A DNA stretch of 64,000 nt from Pelagomonas calceolata. Lineage: Eukaryota. The first letter of the stretch is position 1. Each line of letters begins with the position of its first letter. Made by a program: the position numbers and the translations under genes. Shown piece after piece: positions 1-10,798 of this stretch. The stretch is from positions 3,286,001 to 3,350,000 of the forward strand of contig CAKKNE010000003.1 in the NCBI GenBank assembly GCA_918797485.1. The letters run 5' to 3'. The notes beneath the pieces were generated by a model. The model searched no databases. It worked only from the letters and a program-made list of their open reading frames with translations, and had not been told where the DNA came from.

Positions 1-808
1 TAAAACCCGTTTTCTCTCAAAGGGGCGGGTGACATCGAGGCAAAAGGCCTGATTTACGCCAACCCCCCCAATCAGCCCGCAGCCGTTCTTAGAGGTCTTC
101 TTGGACCTCCGCAGTGCTGCGGCCGCGAGGAAAAAAATTCTCGGCGCGCCGCCGCGGCGCACCAGGGCGCCTCGGCCAGGCGCTGCTACGGTACCTCGTT
201 ATTGCTGGAACGGCGCGCGCGGTCGCGACCCGCGGCCCAAAATCACCTCAGCGGTAGCATTTAGCCCTAACTGGCGACCGAGGGACGTCGTCGCTTAGGT
301 TACAACGAGTTTCGGCGGCCGCGAAACCGTGCCGTGCGGACTCGAAGGCTGCGGCGTTATCGCTGTGAATAAGCACGCGCCGCGTGCCGTCATTGGCGCA
401 ATGGTCAATCAGAACGCTTGGAGCCGTCGCCGGCGGTGGGACGCCGCGGAAAAAACGCGTGGCACCTTTGCACGAGAATGGGCGCCGAAAGATGTTGGCG
501 CGCTTCAGTAAGTCGGCGGCCTGTTTGATATCACGCTTGCCGCGTGACTTCGAGTGTGAATGCGTCGGTCTCTGTCCGCGATCATGGCTCGTCTAGGCCC
601 TCCTACATCGCAGGCGCGCGCCCTCGATCCACATGCCTCAATCGGGCTGGCCCAATCGTGCCAGCAGCACTGGGGTTACTTTAGGTAGTGTGCTTGTATG
701 ATTCCTTACCCTACTCGGCAATGTTAGAGAAAGTAGGGACCCGTGATGGGCGAGCGCCAAGGCAAAAGCCCTCGTCCCCGGTCTGAGCCGCGGCATATAC
801 GCCATGGA

Positions 809-1230
809 CGCTGGCGGACGAGGCCACCCTCCGCCACCTCTGAAACTCGGCGAAGGCCTTCTCGTATATCCTCTCGCACTACTGTCAAAGCCGCGTCGTT
901 GCATTCTAATGCAAACGTCCAATAGAGGCCCGGGGATGTCTCGAGGGCAGTTTCGAGATCGGGCGTGGCGACCCTCCAAAACTCCCAGAACTCCGTCCAG
1001 AGCATCTAGCAGGACACATCAACGCCCCGCATAAGTGAAAGCTCCTCACTCGATCGGTTGCGCTTGAATCTGGCCGATTTGGCCGAGGGGCGGCCGACGG
1101 TTCTCGGCCGCTGACGGACGAGGCCACCCTCCGCCACCTCTGAAACTCGGCGCAGCTCTTCTTGGGTACTCTCTCCCGCCGCTGTCGAAGGCGCGTCGTT
1201 GCATTCTTCTGCAAACGTCCGCTAGAGCGC
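809..1230. repeat. Diverged direct repeat, two ~120-bp units exactly 300 bp apart
   Basis: GACGAGGCCACCCTCCGCCACCTCTGAAACTCGGCG at 817 and 1117; GCGTCGTTGCATTCT..TGCAAACGTCC at 893 and 1193. Confidence 0.85.
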
Positions 1231-1637
1231 CGCGCAGACCTCGCTTTGAAGAGCGCTGAAACGAGCGCCGCGCGCGCGGTTTTAATTAAAGCCGCTCAGC
1301 CCAGCGGTCGACATGCATGTAGGGCTTCGGCACAGGCCGTTCTGGCCAGCCTTGATGGTCTCTGCGCGGAGTTATCGCGTGTTTTACGGAGGCGCTGAAA
1401 CGCTAGCGCGTTTACACCGTTAGATAACTGCCTCGATGTCACCCACCCCTTTTTTCGGGAGGAAAAAGGGGTAGCACCCCGAACGACGTAGGAGAGAGGG
1501 GTGGTACCCCTTTGACGACGTAAAAGAGGGGTGGGGTCTTTACGCACCAGACCTCTAGTGCACACTTAACCTCGGTAGGGGGCGCTGCGGGTTGGCGGTA
1601 GCGTGACAGCCGCAAGAGAAGCTTATAGACTGAGTGA

Positions 1638-2337
1638 ATCATGATCATCCTGATGACTCGGATCATGCCGCCGGCCAGTGATGATGATCATGATCATGAT
1701 GTTGGCGGCTCGGGAAGCGTCCGCGGTTGCCAGTGGCTTTCTGCTATCATGATGCCATCATCATCATGGCGTGACTTGGATGCATCTCAGCCATAGTATC
1801 CGAGTCCAAGTCGTCGAGTTAGGCCACTGGCACGGCTCGTAGCACGAGCCCAGCCCACTTACTTGTACGCAATCACGCGCACCGTGACGCTCAGGCTCTC
1901 GCGGTCCATACGACCTCGGCTTCTGACGGGTCAAGACCTGCGCGAATTACCGTCACGTCATTTCTGCCGGCCCGGGCCCGGGACCAGGAATCAGAGCTAA
2001 TTTGAACTTGAAGAGAAAAAGGCAAATCAAACCCTACGTCTAGATACTCTACGATTCGTTGCGGAGTGTCAAAACTGTGCTGGCTGGACGAGATACGTAA
2101 TTATTGACTGGCTCAGGCTGTCAAAGAACAGCCCGGGCCGCGGCGAATACAAATCATAGTAGTAGTAGGTGTCAAAGAACAGCGGCCAGTAGACTCGGAA
2201 CCGCGACCCCAATTAATTCTCTAAATTAACTCACTGACGGTAAGCCTGAATTACTAGGAGTGGGAGCCTGAGGCGACCCCCCCCGGGCCCGGGCCCTCAG
2301 GCTATTAACTTGAAGGGGACTCGGATATTGCCGCGGC
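1638..2337. other. Dense cluster of XY-C-rc(XY)-G-XY scars (putative transposon excision footprints)
   Basis: Matches counted by eye at 1638, 1655, 1687, 1693, 1728, 1746, 1799, 1825, 1881, 1890, 1969, 1975, 2005, 2112, 2132, 2137, 2192, 2265, 2282, 2288, 2296, 2307, 2318, 2330. Confidence 0.85.
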
Positions 2338-2520
2338 CAGTGCAGTGGTACCCGGGGCCGGACCCTTGGGATATTGGTACTTGTATTACCCGGGGTCTTA
2401 ATTCAAATACGTGGTGTGCTTGGAGACGTCCCAGTTGAACATTACAATCTCGCTAGAAATGTACTTCTGCTATGCTACGAGCTTGTACTAGTGTGTTGGC
2501 CGGCGTAGCGACTGGAGACG

Positions 2521-3864
2521 ATGCAGAGCGAGGAGGCAAGTTGTTCTAGCCGAATTACATATGAAGCCGGAGCGTACAGGTTGAGAGGGACGATAAAGAG
2601 CTCGACATCTCGAACAACGATGTTTGCACCAAGTAGACCTCAGCCCCTTATATGTATAGTTAACTCCGACGTACCAGGTACCGTGAGGCTGGAAAAATTG
2701 TCAACTTGGCGCTACACGGACTAATACTGCAAGTGAAACCAGGTGTTAAGGTTCTGGACCTGTGCAAGTTCGGAGATACTGTTATCACACAGAAATGCGG
2801 CACAATCTATCAGAAAAAAGTTAAAGGTAGAGCCATTGAGAAGGGGGTCGCATTTCCGACGTGCAATCAGCGTGCAGAAATGCCATATTATCATCAGGAA
2901 CAGTAGTTCACTTTTGTCTTGTGCCTTTTTGATAATAAATAAATCCCTACATAGTTGTGTCTCTGTGAATGAGTGTGTCTGCCATAATTCACCACTTGAG
3001 TCGGACGTTCCCGGTGACACCCTTTCATCAGGAGACCTGGTTAAGTTGGACCTTGGGTGTTACGTTGATGGATATATCGCGGTGGCAGCGCACACAATGG
3101 TCTGCGGCGAGCAGCCGTGCCCTGAGAAACCGTTATCTGGTCCTCGTGCAGATGTGTTACATGCTGCTCATATTGCCGGGGAGGTGGCAGTGAAGTTGCT
3201 GCGACCGGGAAACACAAATTCGCAAGTCACTAAGGCAATTGAGAAGGTTGCTCACGACTTTAACGTGAATGCTTGCTCTGGTGTGCTGTCACACCGCATG
3301 AAGCGGTTCGTTGTAGATGGAAACAAGGTCATTTTGCTGCGTGAAGACACCGATCAGAAAGTTGAGGATTCTTCTTTTGAACTTAATGAGGTATACTCGA
3401 TCGACATCGCCATGTCAACAGGTGATGGCAAGCCAAAAGAGATGGAGTCTCGGACCACCATTTTCAAACGGTCTGTTGATAAGAATTATATGCTTAAGAT
3501 GCGCTCCAGTCGAACTCTTTTCAATGAGATAAATGCGAAATTCCCTGCGCTGCCCTTTGGGTTGCGTTCTCTAGATGATGAGCGCCAGGCTCGCATGGGT
3601 ATAGTGGAGTGCCTCAAGCATGAATTGGTCCACCCTTATCCCGTTCTTTTTGAAAAGAAAGGTGATCATGTGGCCCACTTCAAATTCACCGTGCTGATCC
3701 TACCCAGTGGCCCTACTCGCATTTCGGGCCTGAAGCCATTTGAACTTGGTGCTGTCAAAACTGAAAAGCGACTTTCAGATGAGATTAGTGCCATCATGTC
3801 CCTTGCATCAAAGAAAAAGAAAAAGAAGAAGAGCAATGCAGCATTGAAGGCAACCTCCTGCTGA
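2521..3864 (+). CDS. PA2G4: Proliferation-associated protein 2G4 / EBP1 (inactive peptidase M24 fold); 3 introns: 2536-2579 (GC-AG), 2633-2677, 2861-2954
   Basis: Manual splicing gives MQSEE|VERDDKELDISNNDVCTK|YREAGKIVNLAL...KGVAFPT|CVSVNECVCHNSP...GDLVKLDLGCYVDGYIAVAAHT...YPVLFEK...VAHFKFTVL and a C-terminal lysine run, all EBP1/ARX1-family hallmarks. Confidence 0.93.
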
Positions 3865-4169
3865 TGAGAATCGCCGTTTTGATGGTTTTAAGCCAGTTGC
3901 TTGGTCGCTACCGAAATAACGACGCCAATTAAGACTATCAGAAAGCCGCCGGCCTGGTCGTCCGAGCGGAGCGTCTCGCCTGGCTTACTTTGACGCTGCG
4001 ACCCAGAGCCGGCTTTAGGTGGTGTACGGTGAGGAACGAGGCGGCACGTGAGAAACCACCTCCATAGACACCCCTACTAGGATGCTAATGAGATAGTAGT
4101 AACTTGAAAGGGATTTTGTATACGCTTTTTCTCCACCCCCCTCACGGAGATACTGAGTACATATCTTCC

Positions 4170-4198
4170 TTTATTTATTTATTTATTTATTTATTTAT
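4170..4198. repeat. (TTTA)n microsatellite; another at about 58946-58993
   Basis: Direct reading. Confidence 0.9.
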
Positions 4199-5576
4199 GG
4201 GTAGCTATCAATATAGGAGGGGCTTAAGCACCAAAAATCAATATAGACAGGCGTTAGTAAAGGGTAAATTTTAATATGGGGAAGCCTTAATTAAGCCAAA
4301 ATATGTCAATATTTTGCAGACACCCCCTATTTCGAGCCCGCGTGCGCGCATAAGCCCAATTTGATAAGTAGCCATATGGCGATCTCATAGGATGTCGGTC
4401 GCCGACTACACCGTATTCGGGGAGATCGTGACCGGAAGTAAAATTCTGGTTGCTGAATATCCTTCAAAGCCTGGATTTAGCAGTTGATGAGCACTGGGCT
4501 GGGCTGGACGCTCGGACGCTCGGACGCTCCGAGTCGGACGCCGCGGCGCGGACGCGCGGACGCGTGCGCGTCCGCGCACTTGGGTGCTATATAAACCCCA
4601 AAGACGCCTCTTCATAATTTGAAATTATCTCAATTTTTTTGGGGGTCCTATGCAACTACGTGACCAGGTTGTTAGAGTGGCTATAAAATAATAGTACGAG
4701 CCCCAGGTCAGGGGCCGTGCAAATCAACGAGCCCGACCCGGACCCCAAGAGAGGTACAGGGACCGCTCCGTGCCATTGGCAGACATTGCGGGCTGGCTGG
4801 TATTATGGACTGCTGGCATACATGTGGTCCAGCGCAGCCAAAGCAGCAGTTCACAACAAGGCTGCCCTAAAGCTCCTGAGGGAACGATGTTGAGCATCAG
4901 GTGTGTAGATTCAGCCGTTTCGCAGGGCTCTAGCTAGCCCTATACCTGGCCCAGCGCAGCGCCTGCATAAGATTAATTAACGACAGCCCGCCACTATAGC
5001 CATTCAAGCACAAGCAGAGCAACCTCACGATTCCCTGGGACACGACCCATTACTAGACATTGACCAGAAGGTTTGCCAGCGAACCCAGCTGGGCCGGCGG
5101 TGCAACGCGTACTGGCAGCCCCGTTATGCAATTCGTGTGGATAGTAGCGCAGTCCATAGACCCAATGATTATAGGCACGGAGCCATGATAGTTGCACGCG
5201 TAATATATATCGCAACCAAGCATCAGTAAGCCCCCCAGCTAGCGCGGCGGACGCCGCGCCCTACTATTGATGACGTTTGCGAGCCCACAAACGCTGTGGA
5301 GCCTCTATAATGCCCAAGAAGCGAAAGCACGATGCCTTAGCATTGCCAGATCGCGCGCTCACCGCGACGGGACGCTTGAACCCAGGTATCGCAGTCTCCA
5401 ATATGGTCAGGTCTTAAACTGCATATGTCAATATGGAAAGCGCTTACGTAGCATATGTCAATATGCAGAACTTCTCAAATTGACATTTGCTAGATAAGGT
5501 TTCTTATATTGACATTAATTCTTTAAGTCATGTCTATATTGATTGGTTTTAAAGACTTGTTATATTGACTATTCCC
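4199..5576. mobile_element. Degenerate TIR element (GGG...CCC ends, subterminal TCAATAT repeats), possibly PIF/Harbinger-derived
   Basis: The left end GGGTAGCTATCAATATA...AATCAATATAGACA mirrors the right end TGTCTATATTGATT...TATATTGACTATTCCC. A minus-strand peptide PIIIGSMDC near 5150-5180 resembles the Harbinger transposase GSxDC motif. Confidence 0.5.
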
Positions 5577-5825
5577 TTACAGAATCCTCCCTTTCTTACC
5601 AACTATTTAAACACAGTACGGCGTTGTGGTGAGTTGTCGGAACCGGGAAAGCGTTGACTCGGCACGAGTTATAAAAGAAGGTTCAGCTAGGATGCACTGG
5701 CAAATGGCGGGTCCGGCCGTCGTGCCGTCCAAGCCGCCGTCCCGCGAGCATCGCCGGGCGTCCTGGCGTCCTGGCCGCCCCCGCCGTCGCGTTACCTACT
5801 CATCTCACCCGTGTGTTTGAATCGC

Positions 5826-6020
5826 TCGGAGGGGATCCGGGGTTAATAGCCCGCCGTCAATAACCCGACGGGTTTTCGACTAAACCCGTTTAGTGAGATT
5901 AGCGAAAGACCCCTCAGGACGAGCGGATGGGCGCAAGCAGCCCGTTGGGCTTTTGGATACGTACAGGTGCGCCAAGGCAAGTACCAAGTCATGTGGCCCG
6001 GCGCGGCCCAGGCGCCAGTT
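5826..6020 (-). mobile_element. Partial inverted copy of MITE family B
   Basis: Reverse complement of about 36903-37095 (CGACTAAACCCGTTTAGTGAGATTAGCGAAA...GGATACGTACAGGTGCGCCAAGGCAAGTACCAAGTCATGTGGCC). Confidence 0.85.
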
Positions 6021-6369
6021 GCAGAAAATAAGTAGGGTGCGGTGGTATACCGACCCTCTGCAACGGTGTGAGTGAGTTTGGCGTAAGTGACTCCCCGTGT
6101 AATACTAGCACTAAGAATGAATGTGGTGTAAACCTTCATTACGTCAAGGTGGGACTAAGTAGGAGAGTAAGAGGGGCCTAGTGCCAGTGTAGTACTAGCC
6201 TGAGGGGATATATTCTTCGCACTCCCCCTGAACCTTGATATGGTTTGGTTTTTCTTTTTCTTTCAGTTTATAGAGTAGAGCTTCTGTGTCTACTCTATAT
6301 TGTGAACCACAAGCAAACAGTGCTTGTGTAGTTCTCGGTCGGTGTGTCTAAAGTAATTCGCGGACATGA

Positions 6370-6674
6370 TGATATTTACCAAAATGCACATTTCAATGAA
6401 ACGAACGAAAAGGATAGGGGACAATTTTCACCCCATATTCTCCTAAGGGAAACAAGAGCTTACCCTCATGAAAAGGGGGAGTGCGATAAATAGGGCGAAA
6501 TACCCCCCCTATCCTATACCCTTCCTATACACTTACATCACCCTTCAACACGCAACGCGTAATAAACACAGTTAAAACCAAAACTACTTAGTGTATTTAA
6601 GGTAGCTCCGCGGCAGACTATCTCAGCCGCCGTACTCCCAAAGGTGCGTACTCCTTTGGTCTTGCATATTCGCA
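6370..6674 (+). mobile_element. 3' end of an LTR retrotransposon: polypurine tract, then LTR 6482-6674
   Basis: AAAAGGGGGAG is followed by TGCGA...TCGCA; near-identical to the reverse complement of 21563-21875. Confidence 0.85.
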
Positions 6675-6915
6675 GTTAAAAGAGAGAGTGAGAGCTAAGA
6701 GAATGGTGTTTTTTTTGCGGGGGCCGCCGTCGGCGAGCTGAGGAGGTCCCGCTGGGGGAGTTGGACGTGGACCCAACAGACTCGGAGGAGCCAGTGGCCA
6801 ACGTTGCGGGCGCGGGAAGTTCATGATTCCGCACATGCTTCGCCTAGGTGGGTGCGGGCCCGGGGCCACTCTGAACCTAGCTGAAGCACACTTTGAGGCA
6901 CTGCAGAACCTATTG

Positions 6916-7983
6916 TCACGGCGCCGCTGCTGAAACTTGGAGCTTGATCCAGGCTGGGCCGAGGTGGTTCGGGCGTGATTTACCCTCGAAAATTCTGGCG
7001 AGATCCAAGATGGCACAGTCAGCCAAACTCCTCACGAGTTCACTTGGAAACTGAGCAGCGAGGTCCGCATACCTCAGCGGTGGCTTGACGTTGGCCTCTA
7101 TGAGCCAAGCACGCGCCCTATGGTCAACAATGAAGTCAAAACCGACAAATGCAAGTGTGCCGTAAGGAAGGTCGTACCAGATGGCGTCGTGAACGAGCCC
7201 GACAACCGCTGCGATGTCTGGTTTCGTTCGTGTGTCAAACGTATTTCCCTCAAGAGCGTCTCGAACAGTCGCCTCTGATGCAATATTTGAGGTATAGAAC
7301 CGACCAAAAGCGTCTAGATCCCTTTGAACTTTCCTATTCATAAGCCCTGAAACTGCGGTCTTTGCACGGTGGCATTCAAACAGCCAACAGTCCGTCCTTC
7401 GAAGCAAAGCCCACACGCGAAGCTCAAATATCGATGGGCCAATCGGGAGTATTGCTGGATCCACGGCACGCTGGATTACAACTGCGTGACAAGCAACCAT
7501 GAGCACTTTGGCGAATATGCGTGCCGCTTCAACATTGCCCGCTGGAAATGTGCCAGTGCCCCCGCTGGTACGCGGGTGTTTCACGAAAAAGTGGGTTGTG
7601 GTAGGCAGCGTATAACTGATTATAGATTCCGCTCTCCATGCTGTTACGGCTCCATTGCTCCGAAGGATCCATGTCTCAGGCCATCTTCGTCTTATGTTGC
7701 TCCTCAACGCTAACTGCTCCAGCCGTTCAAACAGATGTGCCTTACATGTTAACGGGGGGCATATTGCCAGCCAGACCCACTGGTGTACTCGCGGGGCGGC
7801 AGGGGGGGGGCGTTCTGTTGCTAGAACCACAGTCGCCTCACAAAAATGATGTGTATGTTTCCAGCCACGCTTGCGCAACTGTAGCGCTATTGCGTGCCGG
7901 TGATTGTTGCAGAGGAATATTCGTGAGCTTCTTCGCTCATCCTTTCCTTCGCTATGAGTGCATTCGGTCGATAGACAGGGCAT
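6916..7983 (-). CDS. Tubulin-tyrosine ligase (TTL/TTLL) family ATP-grasp protein, divergent
   Basis: 355-aa ORF with FFVKHP..SGGTG, VVIQRAV.P, FELRVWAL and FVGFDFIVD...WLIEANVKP motifs. Confidence 0.75.
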   Translation of the reverse strand: MPCLSTECTHSEGKDERRSSRIFLCNNHRHAIALQLRKRGWKHTHHFCEATVVLATERPPPAAPRVHQWVWLAICPPLTCKAHLFERLEQLALRSNIRRRWPETWILRSNGAVTAWRAESIISYTLPTTTHFFVKHPRTSGGTGTFPAGNVEAARIFAKVLMVACHAVVIQRAVDPAILPIGPSIFELRVWALLRRTDCWLFECHRAKTAVSGLMNRKVQRDLDAFGRFYTSNIASEATVRDALEGNTFDTRTKPDIAAVVGLVHDAIWYDLPYGTLAFVGFDFIVDHRARAWLIEANVKPPLRYADLAAQFPSELVRSLADCAILDLARIFEGKSRPNHLGPAWIKLQVSAAAP

Positions 7984-8234
7984 CTTCTTGTAGTACTAGC
8001 CTGCACAGCAGGTACCTATCCGCTGTAGAGAGAGAAACCTACTAGCCCATCCTACCCTAGATATGTATCTCCCACTCTCTAAATTTGAGTCTATACATTG
8101 AGTGTGTATCGACGCTACGGTGTAAACCAATTTGCTAAAAAACACTCTCGTAGTTAGGTTGGCCCAGCCTCTGGCTGGTGAGCTAGGACCCTGCTACCTT
8201 ACATAACGCTGCGACATACTCTTGCTACGCTGAT

Positions 8235-8316
8235 ACCTACGGTACCGCAGTACGGTACCTACGGTACCTACGGTACCAGCAAGTACCGTAGGTACCGTGG
8301 TACCGGTACCTACGGT
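8235..8316. promoter_or_regulatory. GGTACCTAC/GTAGGTACC array in the divergent TTL/kinesin promoter region
   Basis: TACGGTACCTACGGTACCTACGGTACC...GTACCGTAGGTACCGTGGTACCGGTACCTACGG. The same motif recurs at other gene 5' ends. Function is inferred only. Confidence 0.5.
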
Positions 8317-8374
8317 GGAGGGCAGATTTTACAACTGGACTGTCATAAGAACTCGGCAAGGCCGTCAATTTAAT

Positions 8375-10504
8375 ATGCCAGATGAAAGTGTTAAGGTAGT
8401 TGTACGCGTACGACCGTTGTCGCGTAAGGAACAGCAAGATGGGCACCTTGCGACGACCGTGGCTGACGAAGATCAAGGCACAATAACCTGCAATAACCCT
8501 AAATCTGATATCGCAGATCCACCAAAAGTCTTTACTTTTGACGCCGTCTTTGCTTCCGGCTGCAACCAGAAATCTATTTATGATAAATGTGGAGCTACGG
8601 TAGTGGAAGCGGTACTTGATGGTTACAATGGAACAGTCTTTGCCTATGGTCAGACAGGTGCAGGTAAGACCTTTACCATGGAAGGTTTATCAGAACCCCC
8701 CGAGTTGCGTGGCATTATCCCAAATGCATTTCAACATATCTTCGACAAGGTGGCGCTCGCCGCGGAGCAACAGCACTTTCTAGTGCGCGCATCATACCTC
8801 GAGATTTACAACGAAGAGATACGCGACTTGTTGTATTTATCACGTGTCGGCTACTAATCTTTAAAATAGTTTATTTTATTCTAAAATGGTTGTGTGTAAT
8901 AGCGTCAAAAACACAGGTCCAAGGAACCAAAAAATAGATTGGATCTCAAAGAAAATGTGGACTCGGGTGTATACGTCAAAGATCTGACCTCTTTTGTGGT
9001 CAGGTCGTCTCATGAAATTGATCAAGTTATGCAGGCAGGTAAAAAAAATAGATCCGTTGGGGAGACGCTAATGAATGCTGGTTCGTCCCGGTCTCATGCC
9101 ATATTTACAATCATTGTGGAATGCGCAGAAGTAGATGAGAAGCGTGGTGAGCACATTCGCGTAGGAAAATTAAATCTCGTGGATTTGGCCGGGTCAGAAC
9201 GGCAGTCAAAGACAGGAGCAACTGGCCATCGACTCAAAGAAGCCACAAAAATTAATCTCTCACTGTCTGCACTTGGAAATGTGATATCTGCTCTTGTTGA
9301 TGGCAAGTCACAACATATCCCATACCGCGACTCTAAACTTACTCGATTACTTCAAGATTCTTTGGGCGGAAATACAAAAACAGTGATGTGCGCCAATTGT
9401 GGCCCAGCAGGCTATAATTTTGAGGAGACCATTTCGACTTTACGATATGCCAATCGAGCCAAAAACATCAAGAATAAGCCAAAGATTAACGAGGATCCCA
9501 AGGACGCTATGCTCCGTGAATTCCAGGACGAGATAAAGCGGCTCAAAAACCAGTTAGCTAACCAAGGCAACAGAAATCACAGGGCTACTATGAATGAGTT
9601 CATGCTGGAAGAAAAAGTCGTGGAGAAAATAGTTGAAGTGGAAAGAATTGTTGAGGTGCCGGGCGCAGCGACGGAGGAAGAGCTGGCTGAGCTTAAAGCA
9701 ACAGTGGATAAGGAAGCAGAACAAATGCGTCTCCGAGCTGAGGCTGAGATGAAAGAAGTCATCGACTCCCAGACGCGCACGACCAAAGAGCATGAGAAGC
9801 TACGTCAAAAACTCGATGCAGAAGCAGGTCGCGCTGCGCACTCTGAGAAGCAGCGCATTCTGTTGGAGAGGAAATTACGATCCATGCAAGAAAAACTGAT
9901 GCAGGGGGGTAGACTGTTGGATAAGGCAGCCAAACAGGAAGCGATGTTACGCCGCGCTCAGCTTGAACTTGAGGAACGTAAAGAACAAGAACAGGCCCTT
10001 GCACGCCAAGTCCGGGCGAAGGAAGAGGATGTATTTGCCCTGGAGGAAAAGTATGCGAGTAAGCAGGATGAAGCAGATGATAAGACCAGGAAACTAAAAA
10101 AACTTTGGCAGAGGCTTCAGTCGTGCCAAGCAGAAGCTCATGACGTGCAGGAGGAGTTCCAGCGTGAACGAGAGGACATGCTCGACACGATTCGTGAGCT
10201 TTCAAAACAACTTAAGCTAAAAGAGTTTCTAATGAAAAATTTTATACCCATTGGGGAGGAGCGGAAATTTGAAGTCCGTGCCACTTGGAATAACGAAGAG
10301 GAACTGTGGGACCTTGCGTGCCCCGCATTTTCTCATAGCCAACACCACTTTAAAGGGCACTGTTCTTGGTGTTCGGCCGGTGTGATAGACCTAAATCGAG
10401 ACTACACAGACGCAGACGAGCCCAGCAGCCATATACCAAATCCTTATCACAATTATGATAAAAGAGATGGAATTGCCAAAAAAGTAAGTTCATCTAAGGT
10501 TTAA
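8375..10504 (+). CDS. Kinesin-II (KIF3/FLA10-type) motor subunit; intron 8833-8916
   Basis: ESVKVVVRVRP, P-loop YGQTGAGKT, SSRSH, LVDLAGSER, HIPYRDSKLTRLLQDSLGGN, kinesin-2 neck NKPKINEDPKDAMLREFQ.EI, then a coiled-coil stalk. Confidence 0.93.
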
Positions 10505-10798
10505 AACTGAAATGAATGATAAACGCACTACTTTGTATCTCCTGCAACATGAAATATATATACTACTTATGTCTTGGACGGTATGCTGCAGTCTATTACA
10601 CTCGTGGCTCATGTTGCAGTATTTGAGCTGTCTGAACCGCCGGCGAATAATTGCAAGCTGGAGCTGGTGGTCTAGTGGTTTTAAAAGAAAACATACGGCA
10701 ACGGAAATGAGCCGAGGTCGGCCGAGTGGCTAGGCGGTCCTGGCTAAGCAAAGCAATATTACTAGTACTACTCCTCCCCGGTACTACCGGCGTGACTC

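Noticed and set aside
1638..2337. Scar motifs as restriction sites, linker artefacts or transcription-factor sites
   Set aside because: Many are non-palindromic, all follow one target-dependent complementarity rule, and several are clean +6 indels between paralogs. This does not fit a fixed recognition motif.
2743..2954. ORF-track N-terminus of PA2G4 (MLRFWTC...)
   Set aside because: It reads through an intron and a wrong frame; splicing restores the conserved N-terminus from 2521.
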